Positions 33,901-47,920 of a stretch of 64,000 nt of DNA are shown piece by piece. A model generated the notes under the pieces. It was not told the origin of the DNA. It was given only the letters and a program-made list of their open reading frames with translations, and made no database searches. The stretch is from the NCBI GenBank assembly GCA_964106915.2, contig OZ066920.1. One strand, written 5' to 3'. Numbering within the stretch: position 1 is the first letter of the stretch; every line of letters starts with the position of its first letter. The stretch comes from Podarcis gaigeae. Lineage: Eukaryota. A program made the translations under genes and the position numbers.

Positions 33901-36900
33901 CTGTCCTTTTCACAGTACTTGTGCAGCACCGATTAAGTCTTAGACTGGGAGAAGCCTATGTTTAAAGAGAAGTTTCACAGACCAGTAGCATCACTACACA
34001 TACTTAGCTCCAATGTACGAATAGATCACCCCTATGCAGAGGTCACTGTTATCTCCTGTTTCTGCAAAATCTCACTTTTGCAGCTATGCATGCAATGCAG
34101 AAGCACAGAGCTTTGGATTGATTCCCCAAATGCCTACATAACCCTAACCCCTGCAAATAAGATGCTTAGTAGGGATATCCAGGAAAAACCCAGAGATTTG
34201 TGACATTGTTACTTGTGGGGGGAAAGGTATGGGCATAAGAGAAAAGTAACAGTGTTAAGAAGAAATTGGCCGCAGTGCACACATTCTACCAGCAAATATC
34301 TTCTGGGTGAAAAAGTACTGTGCGGCTCATGCAATACTAAACTACTCACTGCTAGTTCAAGCCTTTTATAACAGATCACTTGGAATAATATATTGCACAA
34401 AGAACACAAGTATCACAATTCTTAGCTATTTCAAAATTCTACAGCAGGGGTGCTCAGAAAATGCTTTAATACAGATTTTTATCTACATCTACTATATGAA
34501 TCAAAATACCTTTCAGGAGTAGGGGAAATATCAGTGTCATCATAATATGTTATAGGCACTCTTCCCTCCTTTCTATTCCTCCTGAACATAAAATAAACAG
34601 CAAAGATATTTCAGACATTTTTGAATTGCCTTAGGTGCTCTATGCTTTTTCTTGCTTTATCACAAAAGATAATGACCATTATGTAATGTTCATCCAACCC
34701 TTTTCCTGCTGCATGAGGCAGTCTAGCAAACATCAAAGATACCTAAAGGAGGAAATGTACAATAAAAAGAACAAGTACTGTGCTGAAAACAGCAATTTCC
34801 TCTTCTCCTCTGTTTCATCTAATTTAAATTTTAATCTAATTTAAATTATCATATATTCTGATGTCATTAATAAAGCTCACATGACAACTTCCTCAAAGGT
34901 TCAAAGTATAACTGAGTCTAATATTCATTTTTCTACCATTTGCAGATGAGTGTGAAATGAAACCACCTCTGACATTTTTCGGAGGGAGGTGAAGAGAGAA
35001 GAAATCCCCCCCCCCAAAAAAAAATTTCATGGAGAGGTGCTGCTACTTACATTACTTAACCATGTAATGTGCCTGAGGATTTAAATGTAACCTTGGGAGT
35101 GATGCAATGCAACAAGATGTCACTCTCAAAACATTCCAGGAAACATGGATGGTGGCAGAATGCAGAGAGATCTTCATGCTGCAGCCACTTTGCAAGCTGC
35201 AAACCTCCCTGCCCACCACTGGGGGAAAAAAACCAGATAAATTCCCTCTGAAAGGCAGAAAGCTTGTCCCTGTTTTTTTCATGGGGAGAATATTTTTGGG
35301 AAACTTTTGACAGCTTTTGGCACGGCCATAGTTGAAAGCATCTGTGAGGGGGTTGCATTGACTAGCCTTGCCCTTCCATTGGCAATTTGTGTGTCAGTGA
35401 CCATGTTAAAGGGCCCCATGTGCATAACAATGTACATGCATAGGGCTATTCCACACAAGGGGGACTGATGGGTATGTGGCTTGCGGGTTGTGTGGCTGGC
35501 ATGGATAATAATGACAGTAGCAGGGTGAAGCTTCAAGACAGGGTGCCAACTCACCCTTGGGATTGTGGGTGCCCACCGCAACGCGGACATGCAATGTCAC
35601 ATGTACATGCCTGCATGTAGTGCAGACAGTTATCTGGAGCAGGGAAACACATGCCGTAATGAAATCAGGACTTGGCATAAGTACAAAACAGTTACATTTA
35701 CCCTTAACTGCTGTTCTGGGAGTAGCTGCCTGTAAATTCACTCATATAGGATCTCCATCTGGATAAGCCAGTTCATAGAAACTTCTAGAGTTTTTAGAGA
35801 GTAAGGTACTCCTTCCCAAATTGTCAACTAATGCATTTTGCTGCCAGGTCAAAAGATGTTCAAATCCTCTGTATGCTTAGCTGTTTGTAGAGAGGTCAGC
35901 TTAGAAATAAGTGGGTAGGGATAGAATGAGCAGAAATTGTTTTGCATAATTAATGCACCCAATGATAAGAATCCAATAGTCCAACACAATGTTGAGCCCT
36001 TGATCATCAGCTTACCTATAGTGTTGGAAAAGCCATGGGTGTTTCAGTTTCTTGGTAAAGCATCTATTCCCATAGGAATGGGGACTACATTCCAGCAGAA
36101 AAACATGCTATTTGCATCAATTTCCACTGGTAGGGGGGAGGCCCTTCAATGGTCAGAGGGTCTTATCTCCAGCAAAAATTGATGTGAATAGTATCATTTC
36201 CCCATGCAGTCCTATTTCTAGTAGCAAAACAGGCACTGCTGGATATCTGGAGTGCCCAGTGTTACCTCTGCTACCTTCTTGCTGCTGTATGTTGATGCAT
36301 CTTTGGGAAGAGACAACCTGGCTAGTAGATGTTTATACTCTTCCCCCCATATGTCTGCAGCTGCATATACACTGAATGTATATGAAGCCTGAATCAGCCA
36401 AATCTCTCACAATGAAACTGTAATGAAATTGTAATTCTTCTTGTTGGTTTATCAGATCTGAGGCCTTCAGATCCAATGGTGGCATGGATATCTGAGCTGC
36501 TTGGTCTGGGCTACCTTATTCTCACATCTTCAAACATTTATCAAAGTAGTTTGAGTGCCACAGATGCCAAATCCTCAATGAACGGCCTGCAGAGCTACAG
36601 ATCCCATCTGTGGAACTACACAGAGGCCACAACAGAGAACTAGATGTTAAGGGGGGGGGGGAATCATATAAAACATGCATCTAATGTTTTTGACAACAAC
36701 CCTGTACTCTAGGTAATGTAATGCTTAACTTGAAGTTCCATTGGAAAATCAAAGGAACCAAACAGCACAAGCCCCATATCTGCCCTGAGTGATCTAACCA
36801 TATGCCAGGAAAGATTAGGAGATGATGAAAAGTTATTGAATGATCATAGTCCCATTCAGATGCTGCTGCCCTGCTATCTTAACAAGCTATGGTGAGCCTC

Positions 36901-37959
36901 AAGTTTGCGTACTCTTTCTTCCCCCGCTTTTGTGGTCACAAGGAGATATAAATTTTCTGTTTTCACTTTTTAAGAAACCATAGTTAGCTATTACAGTCAA
37001 ACTTGGGGAACTGGTTTGCATAAGCTTAATTAGAAAACAAACTTGAACCAGAACCACTGTTTGATCTTGAATTGTCTTGATTTATTGAGCTGAGAGGAGT
37101 TTGCTCATTTTTTTCATTTTTCTGCCTAGCAAATTGTCAACAATATGGTAATTATGTGACCACAAAACAACATCCATCTTGCTAAAACTGATAAATTATC
37201 TTCCAATTTTCTGGATGTGGAAGGTTCAAGACTGGTTTGGCAGTAGTTAGTTCATGAGTCACTAAACAACTGGCAGCACCTCCAGTGCAAATGCCACTGC
37301 TGAAGTATGTAGAATGCAAGGGTGTACTGAAACGTAAAGCATCTGCAACCACTACATTCCATCACTCTTACCTACCAGGGATGTTGTGTAAAAAGCAATC
37401 TGCTTTACAATGTGGGCACATTTATTTTGGAAAATATTTAAGCTATCTCTGGAATCCCTTTGTTACTGGAAAGAAGATTCCATGGAGCCTGATCTTTGCT
37501 GAAAAACAACTCTTATTCTTCCTTTCTGAGATAGAGGAAAGGATAACAATACTGGGCCTAGGTATCCAAGGCACATCCTTAATGTCCAGGTATTTGTTTC
37601 AATGGATTTGAAAGCAGTTTAGCAATCTACTTTTATCCAGCTCTTTAAGTGAAACCTAAATGGCATCAAATCTTTTCTTTCAGGAATTAATTCTGCTGGA
37701 TATAATACTGGCAGTTTCCACAACCTCTTTTATTCAGGGATTTTGGAAGTTGTCTTCAGATCCACATCATTTAGGGAAGTCTTATATGATCCTTTTCAAG
37801 ATTTCATCTATCTGAGGGTCAGGATCCATCTCCATCATAGCCTCTCAGCTACCGTGACTCCCAGGGAATTCAATAATGGGGATATAACTGAAGTTTTCAG
37901 ATATACCGTCTCTGAATGTGCCAGGACTTTTGCCCTCTGGACAGTTTTAAGTTTGGATT

Positions 37960-38491
37960 ATCTAATTGCCCTGCATTTTTGTTTGTATGGCTTTTTTGTT
38001 TTTTTGACTGTGACTTGTTCTTCATTTTATGGGACTGACTTGTAACTGTGACTTGTGACTTTGATTTGGGGCTGTGGCTTGTGACTTCATTTTTGTGACT
38101 TGCTTTTGTGACTGTGTGGAACCCTGTTCAGCTACTGATTGATTGATTGATTGTGACTGCAGAAATTGATTTAAAAAACCCATCCAAACAATGACTATCA
38201 TCAGTGCACATAAGAAAAAAAATATAATTTTAATTTTTATCATCTACAATACTGTCTTATTTATTTTACAGTACAGTATATTGATTATTGCTTTCATTTT
38301 GTGGATCAATGGTCTCGTTAGATAGTAAAATTCACGTTAAATTGCTGTTTTAGGGGTTGTTTTTTAAAGTTGGGAATGGATTAATCAATTTTGCATTACT
38401 TTCTATGGGAAAACACGCCTTGGTTTTAGAACGTTTTGGTTTTGGAACAGATTTCCAGAACAGATTAAGTTTGGGAACCAAGGTACCACTA
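37960..38491. mobile_element. Truncated Tc1/mariner-type non-autonomous element
   Basis: Ends GAACCAAGGTACCACT, the same TIR family as 3367-4336. Internal TTGTGACT repeats. Left TIR not found. Confidence 0.6.
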
Positions 38492-39554
38492 TAAATACAA
38501 AAAAGCTAAAGAACCAAGAAATGAAGAAAATGAAAGAACCATGTTTACAATTTTAATCCTAAAATTGGAGTAGCTCTATAGAGTGACTGACATGGTAGTC
38601 TGAAGACAGAGCTCTAAATTAAGGATAGGAGGATTTATATGTAGCTATGAAATGTAGTTTGGTTCTGACAAGAAAAAAATGCTCATAACACAAGAGTGCC
38701 ACAAGACATAACGAGCCTTGAAATTATGCAACTGATATAGCTAGGGGGTGAAAAAAAGGCACAACATGAAAGAGTCCTAATTAGTCCCTTTAAGCTGTGG
38801 AATTCAACAAACGCCATGGTTTACACACAACATCACAACAATATCCTTTTTTCTGGATGCCATTTATGTAAAATTAGGTTGGTATGATACAGCAATACCT
38901 GTAATTTGTGCAAAAGGGAGAAAATCAGCTTCTATATTATTATTTATTTGGCCAAATTAATGATTGATACCAGTATAAAAAAGAAAATTTCTGCTCTCTA
39001 AGAATAAAGTAAATTCCTAGAATAAATTCTAGGAGCAATGCAGATGATAATATTTTAAATTTACAAACAAAAATACATGATAAAATTAAAGAGAACAGTG
39101 ACAGTCTATAAAGCAAAGGAAACCTTACTTTTTTTAATCAGATTTTTTTTTATCAGATTACTTACTATTTTTTGATCAGATTATCTTCACTAATCTAATG
39201 GTCATAAAATAATATCCCTGTTTAGTGAGTCTTGTTATGTATCCAGTTGGGTATGTTCATTTTTATGATACATTTATCTCTGAATATGATTTTTATTAAT
39301 GAATTGTTAATGGGTGGCATGTGGATTTTGTTTTTAAGAGTCACCTCAGAGAAAGAGTTAATATCCAACACATCATGTATAATGTATTTTGTGCACCTTT
39401 GGGGAGACCTCTCCTTTTACTCCTGCATTTAGTGCCTTTTCTTCTTTCTTCCAATGTACCATTTAAAACTTAAATTGCAGATTACTGAACATCAGAGTAC
39501 TGTTTGCTTATGAATGATGTGGGAGACTAAACAAACATGCCACACCAATTATAC

Positions 39555-39662
39555 CTCTCAAATTCATAGTAAGCACCCTCAGAATAGGTACGGCACATCG
39601 TACGGGATCGAAGTAATCTGATTGCATCTTCACAAAAGATAGGATACATTGAGTGATCCTTG
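39555..39662 (-). CDS. RIMS2: Candidate RIMS2 108-nt cassette exon, (S)KDHSMYPIFCEDAIRLLRSRTMCRTYSEGAYYEFE(R)
   Basis: Long pyrimidine-rich upstream region, ttttggcag|CAAG, donor GAGAG|gtataa. 108 nt, phase 2/2, no stop. Locally CpG-retaining (CGGCACATCGTACGGGATCG), like the other coding exons. Confidence 0.7.
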
Positions 39663-40799
39663 CTGCCAAAACATAAGGGATGAACATGAAGCTACAGTTA
39701 AGACATGTACACAAATGAGACACAAAGGTAAACACAGAGAAGCAAATGAAAAAGAAAGGGGAAAAAAAGACCAATTCAGATGTACATATAAAGCATGTTA
39801 ATGTATAAATGTTTATGATTAATGCAAAGCATTCTCAAAGTGATAATTAAAGCACTATCATGGTTTTAGATTGTAAGTCTAAGAATAAGAGAAACTCAGA
39901 ACAGTTCCAGAAGTGGCACACAAGTGACTTTGGTGATAGTCCAATCAAAATTCACATAGGCAAAATTTACTAACTACAGAAGTGGTAGCTTGCACAAGTT
40001 CCTCTGCGTAAGTTCACCTTCAAATATTACAAGAAGCACTGCCATCCAAATGCAGAAGTAGGTAGTAACTGCATTTGTTGATGACACTTCTTCAATAACA
40101 TCCAAAGCTACTTTCAGTGCTGACCTTGATGTAATGTTCTCTGATTCACACAACTATCCCACTCCAGGGAGATATAAATTTGTACCTGCTGCTACATCCA
40201 CAAGATACAAACAGCATTACCAGTGCTAACTACCTATTTAGAGACAATAACTGCATGACCCGAGTCTGAAAGACTTCTATTCCTTTCTAAGAAGTGTTCA
40301 TTACTGTCAGAGGCTGACAGTGAAAACCATTATGTCAAGCTACAGACACATGCAGTTCATGAGGCACTCTGCTTGCATCCCAGTCTCTGGAATAACAATA
40401 ATTAAGAATAATAATAACAACAGCAATAACAGTACACAACATTTATATAGTACTGTAGTTTTGAGGGCTGAAAGGACTTCACATGTACCATATTGCAACA
40501 AACCTTACAATTATTCTGTAAGGTAAGTAGCATTATTAGCCCCAAACTACAGCTGGGAGCACTGGAGCTAAGAGACAGATGTGCATGTAAAGCTACCAAC
40601 TGAGTTCATAGCTGAGATTCCAGCTAGTCTTTCCTGGGTCACAGCTCACCCATTTAGATAACACACTACACCAGCTTTAATACTTGTCCTTCATGTAACA
40701 TCATTTATTCCTTCAGTATGGAAATTAACCTACTTGAATGTTGTCAACACTGCCTGGGATAGTGACTTTTTGAAATGTTATATATAGGTCTAGAAACTA

Positions 40800-40925
40800 C
40801 ACACACCATACATTTTAAAGCACGTGGCTTCAGCCAAAGAATCCTAGAAACTGTAGTTTGTTAAAGGTACTGGGAACTGTAGCTCTGTGAATTCTTTTGG
40901 GGGAAGCCATGTGCTTTAAAGGTAT
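40800..40925. mobile_element. Degenerate palindromic MITE
   Basis: ATACATTTTAAAGCACGTGGCTTC...GAAGCCATGTGCTTTAAAGGTAT inverted termini. Confidence 0.6.
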
Positions 40926-41301
40926 ATGGGTCACATCCACAAAATACACTTAAAATACACTTAAATATATGGTGTGGGTGTGACCCATATACCTTTTCTG
41001 GAATGATCAATGACCTGACTCTAACATTTGGAAGTTCAAAGAGAAAACCTCATAAATCAACTGCTATTTCATGTATGCCAATAACCAGAAGCGGGTGTTA
41101 TCAAGTAGAGTATGGTTAGGCAAACAAACAGCTGAATGTTTTCAGTCTTTAAAAATAACACCTACTAATCTTCTAAATATTTGCCTATAAAGCAATCCTG
41201 CAATACCCTTCAGTGACCTGAACAGAGTGAAGTAAAAATATAGGTGCAAGCAGGGACATGCATTTATACACACAGAGGCACACACACAGGAAAACAGATA
41301 C

Positions 41302-41367
41302 CTGGCATTTCTATGGTGGTAGTCAATGGACTGAGTGTGTTGAGACCAAGGCAGACTGACATAAGGA
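41302..41367 (-). CDS. RIMS2: RIMS2 66-nt alternative exon (splice site B): (S)PYVSLPWSQHTQSIDYHHRNA(R)
   Basis: ctgctatgctttcag|TC...CCAG|gtatct, phase 2/2. Same length as, and similar to, rodent RIM2 SHFLTLPRSRHRQTSEHHHRDGR. Confidence 0.85.
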
Positions 41368-41690
41368 CTGAAAGCATAGCAGAAACAAAAAATGAAAATG
41401 TAAGACAATAAAATGAAGACCGATGAACACACATCCTAAAAAGGAAACTGAAGGACAAACAACATGACAACACAGCAGCTACAAAATCATAGTCTCTAAT
41501 CAGTATAATTCTATAAACATCACAAAAGCATGGAAAAAATGCAAAGAATACCGAAAAACTCTGAAGGAAATGTTAATGGTATTTTTATCACCTAGAGGAA
41601 CAATTTATAACTTTGCTATGCTGCCCTGTGATAATCTTTCTCTATTGAACATCTGTAAACCCTAGAGATATGGGGGAGCTTAATTCTATG

Positions 41691-42048
41691 CACTGAGCCT
41701 CTTGGGCTTGCTGATCGGAAGGTTGGCAGTTCAAATCCCTGCAATGGGGTGAGCTCTCATTGCTCTGTTCCAGCTCCTGCCAACCTAGCAGTTTGAAAGC
41801 ATGCCAGTGCAAGTAGATAAATAGGTACCAACACAGCGGGAATGTAAACGGCATTTCCGTGCACTCTGGCACTCATCACGGTCGTCCGTGCGCCAGTAGT
41901 GGTTTAGTCATGCTGGCGACATGACCCAGAAAACCTTTCTGTGGACAAACACTGGCTCCCTCAGCCTGAAAGCAAGATGAGCGCCGCAACTCCACAGTCA
42001 CCTTTGACTGGACTTAACCATCCAGGGGTCCTTTATCTTTACCTTTTA
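41691..42048 (+). mobile_element. Sauria SINE (different subfamily, 5' slightly truncated)
   Basis: CTGATCGGAAGGTTGGCAGTTCAAATCCC...GCAAGTAGATAAATAGGTACC...CAGGGGTCCTTTATCTTTACCTTTTA. Confidence 0.88.
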
Positions 42049-45000
42049 CCCAATCAGCCCACAGTTCATATAGATGGGGGCATCAAATTCAGCAAGTTTA
42101 GGCAGGAGAAAGAGGACATTCCCAGAGTGAGGACTCAAGTTGTGATGACTGCCATGAAGTAGGTGGAAATCTACAGGACCATGCCAAATTGCCTGGAAGC
42201 AAAATTGCTCCCTGACCCTGAAAGCAGAGACCAATGACAGTCCATAGCAATGTCCATCGAGCACTATCCTATCCTTGCAAGAAGGCAAGTGTTAAAGTAC
42301 AGAGAAGAGGATGGGAGGTTAAACTGGCTGATAACCAAGTGAAAAAGAAAATATCTTCTCTTATATGCTCCAGGAATGTACCTGACAGTGGGCAGTCTCC
42401 AGTCAGGTCCATTCCTGAAGCTCTGCCCCTCAGGGAGCCAGGCTGAACGCTGGTTGGCTTCCCTAGTTTCGTTCATCTCTCAACCTCCTGCATGGCTGGA
42501 AGGTACACAAAGCGCTTCCCAGTCACATGGGAAATCCTGTCACCAACAGTTCCCCAAACTCCACCACATTGGGCTGTAAATGGCACTCCCTAGTAGGTGG
42601 GGCATTAGCATTGTCCGACCCTCAACCTTTCTAGAAGTAATTAAACCCAACGGTCAAGATCTGAAGTATCACAAGGAACCTTGAGAAATCCGCTATTTGC
42701 AAATTCTGATCTGAACTCATCTGCACCCTCCTGGACTAATGTCTAAATCAGTACTTAGTTAGCCATCAGATTTTACACTTCTCAAATATTCCACTGTGGT
42801 TCTAGGCTCCAAAACATATTAAAATACATGTAGAAATATGCATTAGGAAAATATGCATTTAGCAATAGGTATGTCAGGAGAAAATACATTTTATAAAATG
42901 TAATTCTAAAATAAAAATCAAATATTTAATTTGTGAATTTTTTGGTGTGTATTTAAAAATATATTCACAGATTATTATGGAAATGAGATGAAAAGGATTT
43001 ATGAGTGAATACATGTCAAACTGACACAGACTAGAAACAAACTGATTCACCCATTGCTACTCATATACCTAGCCCTTTTTATATTGGCTAAAAGTGAGAA
43101 ACAAATATTGAATGTTCTTTTCTTCATGATACAACAAATATTGTAGCAATAACGGATTGAGTATACAAGGTACCCTTTTATGGTATTTCCATTAGAAACA
43201 ATGGTGGTGGTGCAGGGGAGAGAACAAGGTGAGACTGTAACAAATAGAAAAATGCATAATTCAAGATACCCCACTATCAACGTTTCTAATGTCACCATTC
43301 ATCTCTAGAGTTATAAAAACAATATTTTCATTTTATATTTAAGACAAAGTGAGATGGGAATATTGCTAGATTCAGAATAATTTATGTGCAGATTAGGAAA
43401 GGCGACCCAGAATCAAAATATAGCTGTACATATCAATTTAAATTATTATAACACTTTGCTTTAGCATCATTCCAGTGGCAACTATTAAGAGGTAAGCTGG
43501 TTTCAGTCTTTTTCTATTTTGGAAAGACTATCACAAAACTTTTTCCCCAGTTTGGTACTGGTTTTATGAAGGTGACTTTTTATAGCAATTTCTTTCTCAA
43601 AGCATAAATTGTCATGGATCATGTCGTAGTAGCCTGTCATTTCAAAATTTCTCATTTTGGCAGATCAAAATCAGTAGCTCTCATCACAGTATGAACAGCA
43701 ATGCAGCATGATTTGTTGGTCTCGGGAGATACTTAAAGCTAAAGCTTGCATAGAGATTAAGCTCTGCCATTCTGCAGGACTTGACTTGTCTGAGTCAGGA
43801 AAATGCAACCTCAGTATATATCCTGCCTTTATCAAGATTGAGCATACCATAACGAGGACCACTATATTCAAGAAATTACACTGGGCAGTAATACAATTCT
43901 GTGTTTATGCAGGTAATTTCCCATAGATTATTGGATTTGTCAGCTCTCCCAGTGAAAACAGTTACTCAGAGGACTGATGCCTTAGCAGAGGAAAAATAAT
44001 GAGTTCACTTAAGCTGAACCCGGCAGGTATGGGTGATTTTGTTCCTCTTTCCTTTCCTGATACCTTATCCCTATTATAAATAAATCAATTTGAGACTTTA
44101 TCAGCAACATTCATAGCTCTCCTGATCTTATTCTGACTTGAACTTAATTTGCACCTAACTAAGCTTTTACTGAATCTGTGAATATCGGACCTAGAGACAG
44201 TTCTGGAGGACACGAATACTGCAAATATGCATTGTTGTAGAGAACAGCTACTGCTACTTTTTCAGGTTCGCATAAGCTAAAACACAGCAATTTGAAATTT
44301 TAACCTATATTTCTTCTCATTACAAGAGCACACCATAAATCTTTGAAAGTTAGCATCCATTAGTATTTCTTTTCCCTGGGGATAGCTAAAAGTCAATCCC
44401 ACCCTTGTTTATTCCCTTTTGGATCCATTCCTAAGGTAGGTTGCAGCAGCAATAACATGTAAATACAAGCTTGGGGGCGGAGAAAATAGTGGGTCCCCAA
44501 ATTCATGTATGACCTAAAGCTGGGTCCTGGGACTGGAAAGGTTGAAGGCAATGCAGCACAATGATGCCCCCAATAGTAGAGAGAGGTGTTTGTGTTGAAT
44601 TAAGCAAGCAGAGTGTTACAGTGCCTTCAGGGTGAGTAGAAGATGCAAACTAAGGTGCCATTTTAAATTGATGACATCATCATTCCCACTCCAGGAATGT
44701 TATTTCTGAACCAGCCCAGAGTTACTGATACATTTGAGAAGGTTCAATTGTATTAGGCATGAGACATAAATAGTGAAGAAAGGTACATGAAAATATTCAG
44801 AGCAACGCTATTGGAGGACCAACTGTACTAATGCTTCTTCCCAAAGAAAAGCTATTAAAATGTGTTAATTTCATTCTGATTTCATGCATCAAATGGAGCG
44901 TGCCTCAGTTTTGTGAAATTAATACTTGGTAAATGGAAATATATTGTTTTGTAATATTCACAGAATGCCTCATAATTTCCTGCAGAATTATATTATACAT

Positions 45001-47143
45001 ATATGAACAATGTCTGCCCATTTGATACACACAGTCAGTGTACCCATTTTGGAAATATCAGGATATGCCAAAAATCAGTTTGGTTAAGAAGATTATGGCA
45101 ACTGTGGAGAAATTCACATGAAATTTTCCAAGCCTCTAAAAATCTTAGCTGAGAACCCAGCTGAAAATACTTTCCCCCTCCCCACATTTGGGGAAGCTAA
45201 ACTGTCAAGAGTAAGAAGCAAATGTTTCTTAGTAGCAAATCTGACTTTCTGGAATAATCTTTTCCAAGTGTCAGTGATCCTCCTTTCGGAACAAACTCCT
45301 TCAAAAATCCTATCTTTCCCAAACCTCTGGATTGACAGAGGGGGAGAATGTGTTTTGGGTTTGGTGGTGCTGTTTTGAGTTTTAATGTTCACAGTTTTCT
45401 GTTTACGAATTTGTTTCATTCTATGAAATTGGTTTAAAGCTACTTTATACAACTGTGGAATGGAAGAACATAACAGTTTTTAATAAATAACAAACTAATG
45501 TCTTGTATATTTCCATATAGAATGAGACAATATTGGATTCACGCTATACAGATTTAGTAGCTTTTGGTGTAACCTGTAATACTAAATTTGGATGCTTTAA
45601 TGGGCAAGAATCCACTTTGTCAGATAAACAGCTAATCTGCTAAGTACAAGGCTTTGTGTATCTACATACACCACACATGTATAGACTGAAGAGAGATGTT
45701 ATTACCAAGAGATACCTGTGGACTCATCAATGGAAGAGACAGGTGTGACCTATTACTATGTAGAATGGAATGCAAACAAGTTCTAGGGTAAAAAAAATCC
45801 AATTGAGAGAGTGTGACCTTACTAGTAATAAATTGGCACAGCAAAGTGGTGTTTGTTGTCTATTCATCTTGATTTGCCAATTCATTACCTGCAGGAATGG
45901 GTCACACTCAAGCTAAATAGACCATTTACCCTTTTCACTGGACCTTGATTGCATTTCACTCTACAAAGTAATAGGACACTCTATCCTTTATCTTCCCCCA
46001 TTGTATGTGCATGTCATTCTGTTTATATCTGTATCAGAGAATATCGTTTCATGCATCTGGAAAAGTAATATTTGGACCACAATAGGTTTTGCTACAGAAA
46101 ATTTGTTAGTTTGGGATGCCACAAGATCCTTCAAGGGATAGGTGGCCAATCTGCAAGGGACAGTGGCTAATCTGCAGCATGAGTACCACAAGAGAAATGG
46201 AGAGGGAATAATTCTCCAGTGCTCTGCTGGCTTGGAGCTGCCCCGGTTCATCAGAAATAGCCAACAGGGGCCAGAGGGTAATATATATACAATTAAATCT
46301 GGATATTTCTGAGCACATTTAGACTGGTTCAAAAATAATCATTTCTTATGCAGAAAATAAGACATATTTAACCCTCAAATACTTTCTGTCATGCTTTCTT
46401 CTCATATATAAGAATGTATATTAATATTGTTGACAACGATGTCTCTTTATTTCACGTTGTTTCCCAGTTCAAAATCACTTAGTTCTTCATTCAACATGGG
46501 GGGGGGGGAATCCTATAATCTGGAACTTAACGGAACTGTAAAAGCAGGAAACTATAAATAATTACAACATCGACACTAAAATCAATGAGACTTACTTCTG
46601 ATAAGATATGCAGTCTAATTCTCGTGCTGCCACAATGAGCTAGCAATTTAAAGGGCCAAGTGTTGCTTCCCAGTGTAAGCATATAGCCACTTACCCTTTC
46701 AGCCTCAACTTCAGAACTGCAGCAAGAAGCACATGCGACTTAAAGAGGAGAAATACCCTCAGAACTTTTGCTGCAGCCAGACTCTAGAATTAGCGCACCA
46801 ATGCAAACATATACTTAGTTAAACTGCTAAATGAAACAGTATTTTATTTCTTCATTTTGTACCATGTTTTTCTATCAGAGTTCCCAAAGTGGTTACGTAA
46901 TGCTACACACTACAACTGCTCAGAAACTTTCCAATAAGCTTTTACTTGACAAAGTACTGACAATGTCAATTTCCCTCCTTTATTCTGGAATCCTAGCTCT
47001 TTATACTTTAAGGCCAAAAACAGATGTGACAACAGCAAATCCTATTTGTTTAGACTCAATTCTGCTCCATCACAGATAAATCTGTCTCAGTTTCAACAGC
47101 AAAATTAATATGCTTGCCAGGGGAGCTAAACACCTTACGTCCA

Positions 47144-47189
<46 letters not shown>
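47144..47189. repeat. (TTA)n microsatellite
   Basis: Direct tandem repeat adjoining a minus-strand L2-like 3' fragment (about 47200-47560). Confidence 0.9.
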
Positions 47190-47190
<1 letters not shown>

Positions 47191-47734
47191 TGCTGCTGCT
47201 ACTTTATTTATTAATCACCATACACTGTGAAGTCTTAAGGGAATTAACATCCGACAGACAACAAGAATAAAAATACAAAAAAATATAAACACAACATTTT
47301 AACCTCTACATACCTCAGTAAGACCATCAATTAAACAGCCAAATAAACTACACCAGGTACCAACAACCAAACAACCAAACATCTGGGAGCAGAGATATTT
47401 TAAACCTGGTATTGAAATGATGACAAAGTTGACACCAGCTGAGACTCCTTGGAAAGAGCATTCCACAATCAGGAGCCACAACAGAAAATGTCATCTGCCT
47501 AGTAGCAACCCTCTGCACCTCTCTCAAATGAGGCATCCTTGCCTCACCCCACCCCAGCTGAGCTCAGGGGGACAGGGGGATGGGGGGACAAATTTAAGAA
47601 GGTAAACTGCTCAAATTTTGCTCTCCTTAAGGAGAGCTTTTCCATGTCTCTTTTGCTCTATAAAGTGAGTCACCCCATTTTGTAGACAATTTGGGCAGCA
47701 CCATTTAAGCAAATGGATCCTTTGAAAACTCTTT

Positions 47735-47920
47735 GGTGTGGTGCACTCATTAGAGTGCTCAATTTAGACTGGATACACCTGTCTTCAAATTCCCACTAAG
47801 CCACAAAGGTTACTGGTGTCAGCCTAAACTACCTGACATGGTTATTTTGAGGATAAAAGGTAGGGGGAGGCAAATACACCAAACTAAGCTCTTTGGAGAA
47901 AAGATAGTATAAAAAATAAA
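47735..47920 (+). mobile_element. Degenerate Squam3-like SINE
   Basis: GGTGTGGTG..TTAGAGTG..TTCAAATTCCCACTAAGCCA..CAGCCTAAACTACCT..GAGGATAAAA..AGCTCTTTGGAGAAAAG. Confidence 0.55.

Noticed and set aside
38030-38160. TTGTGACT quasi-periodic array
   Set aside because: Internal low-complexity part of a transposon; no repeat-spacer structure, and the DNA is eukaryotic, so not CRISPR.
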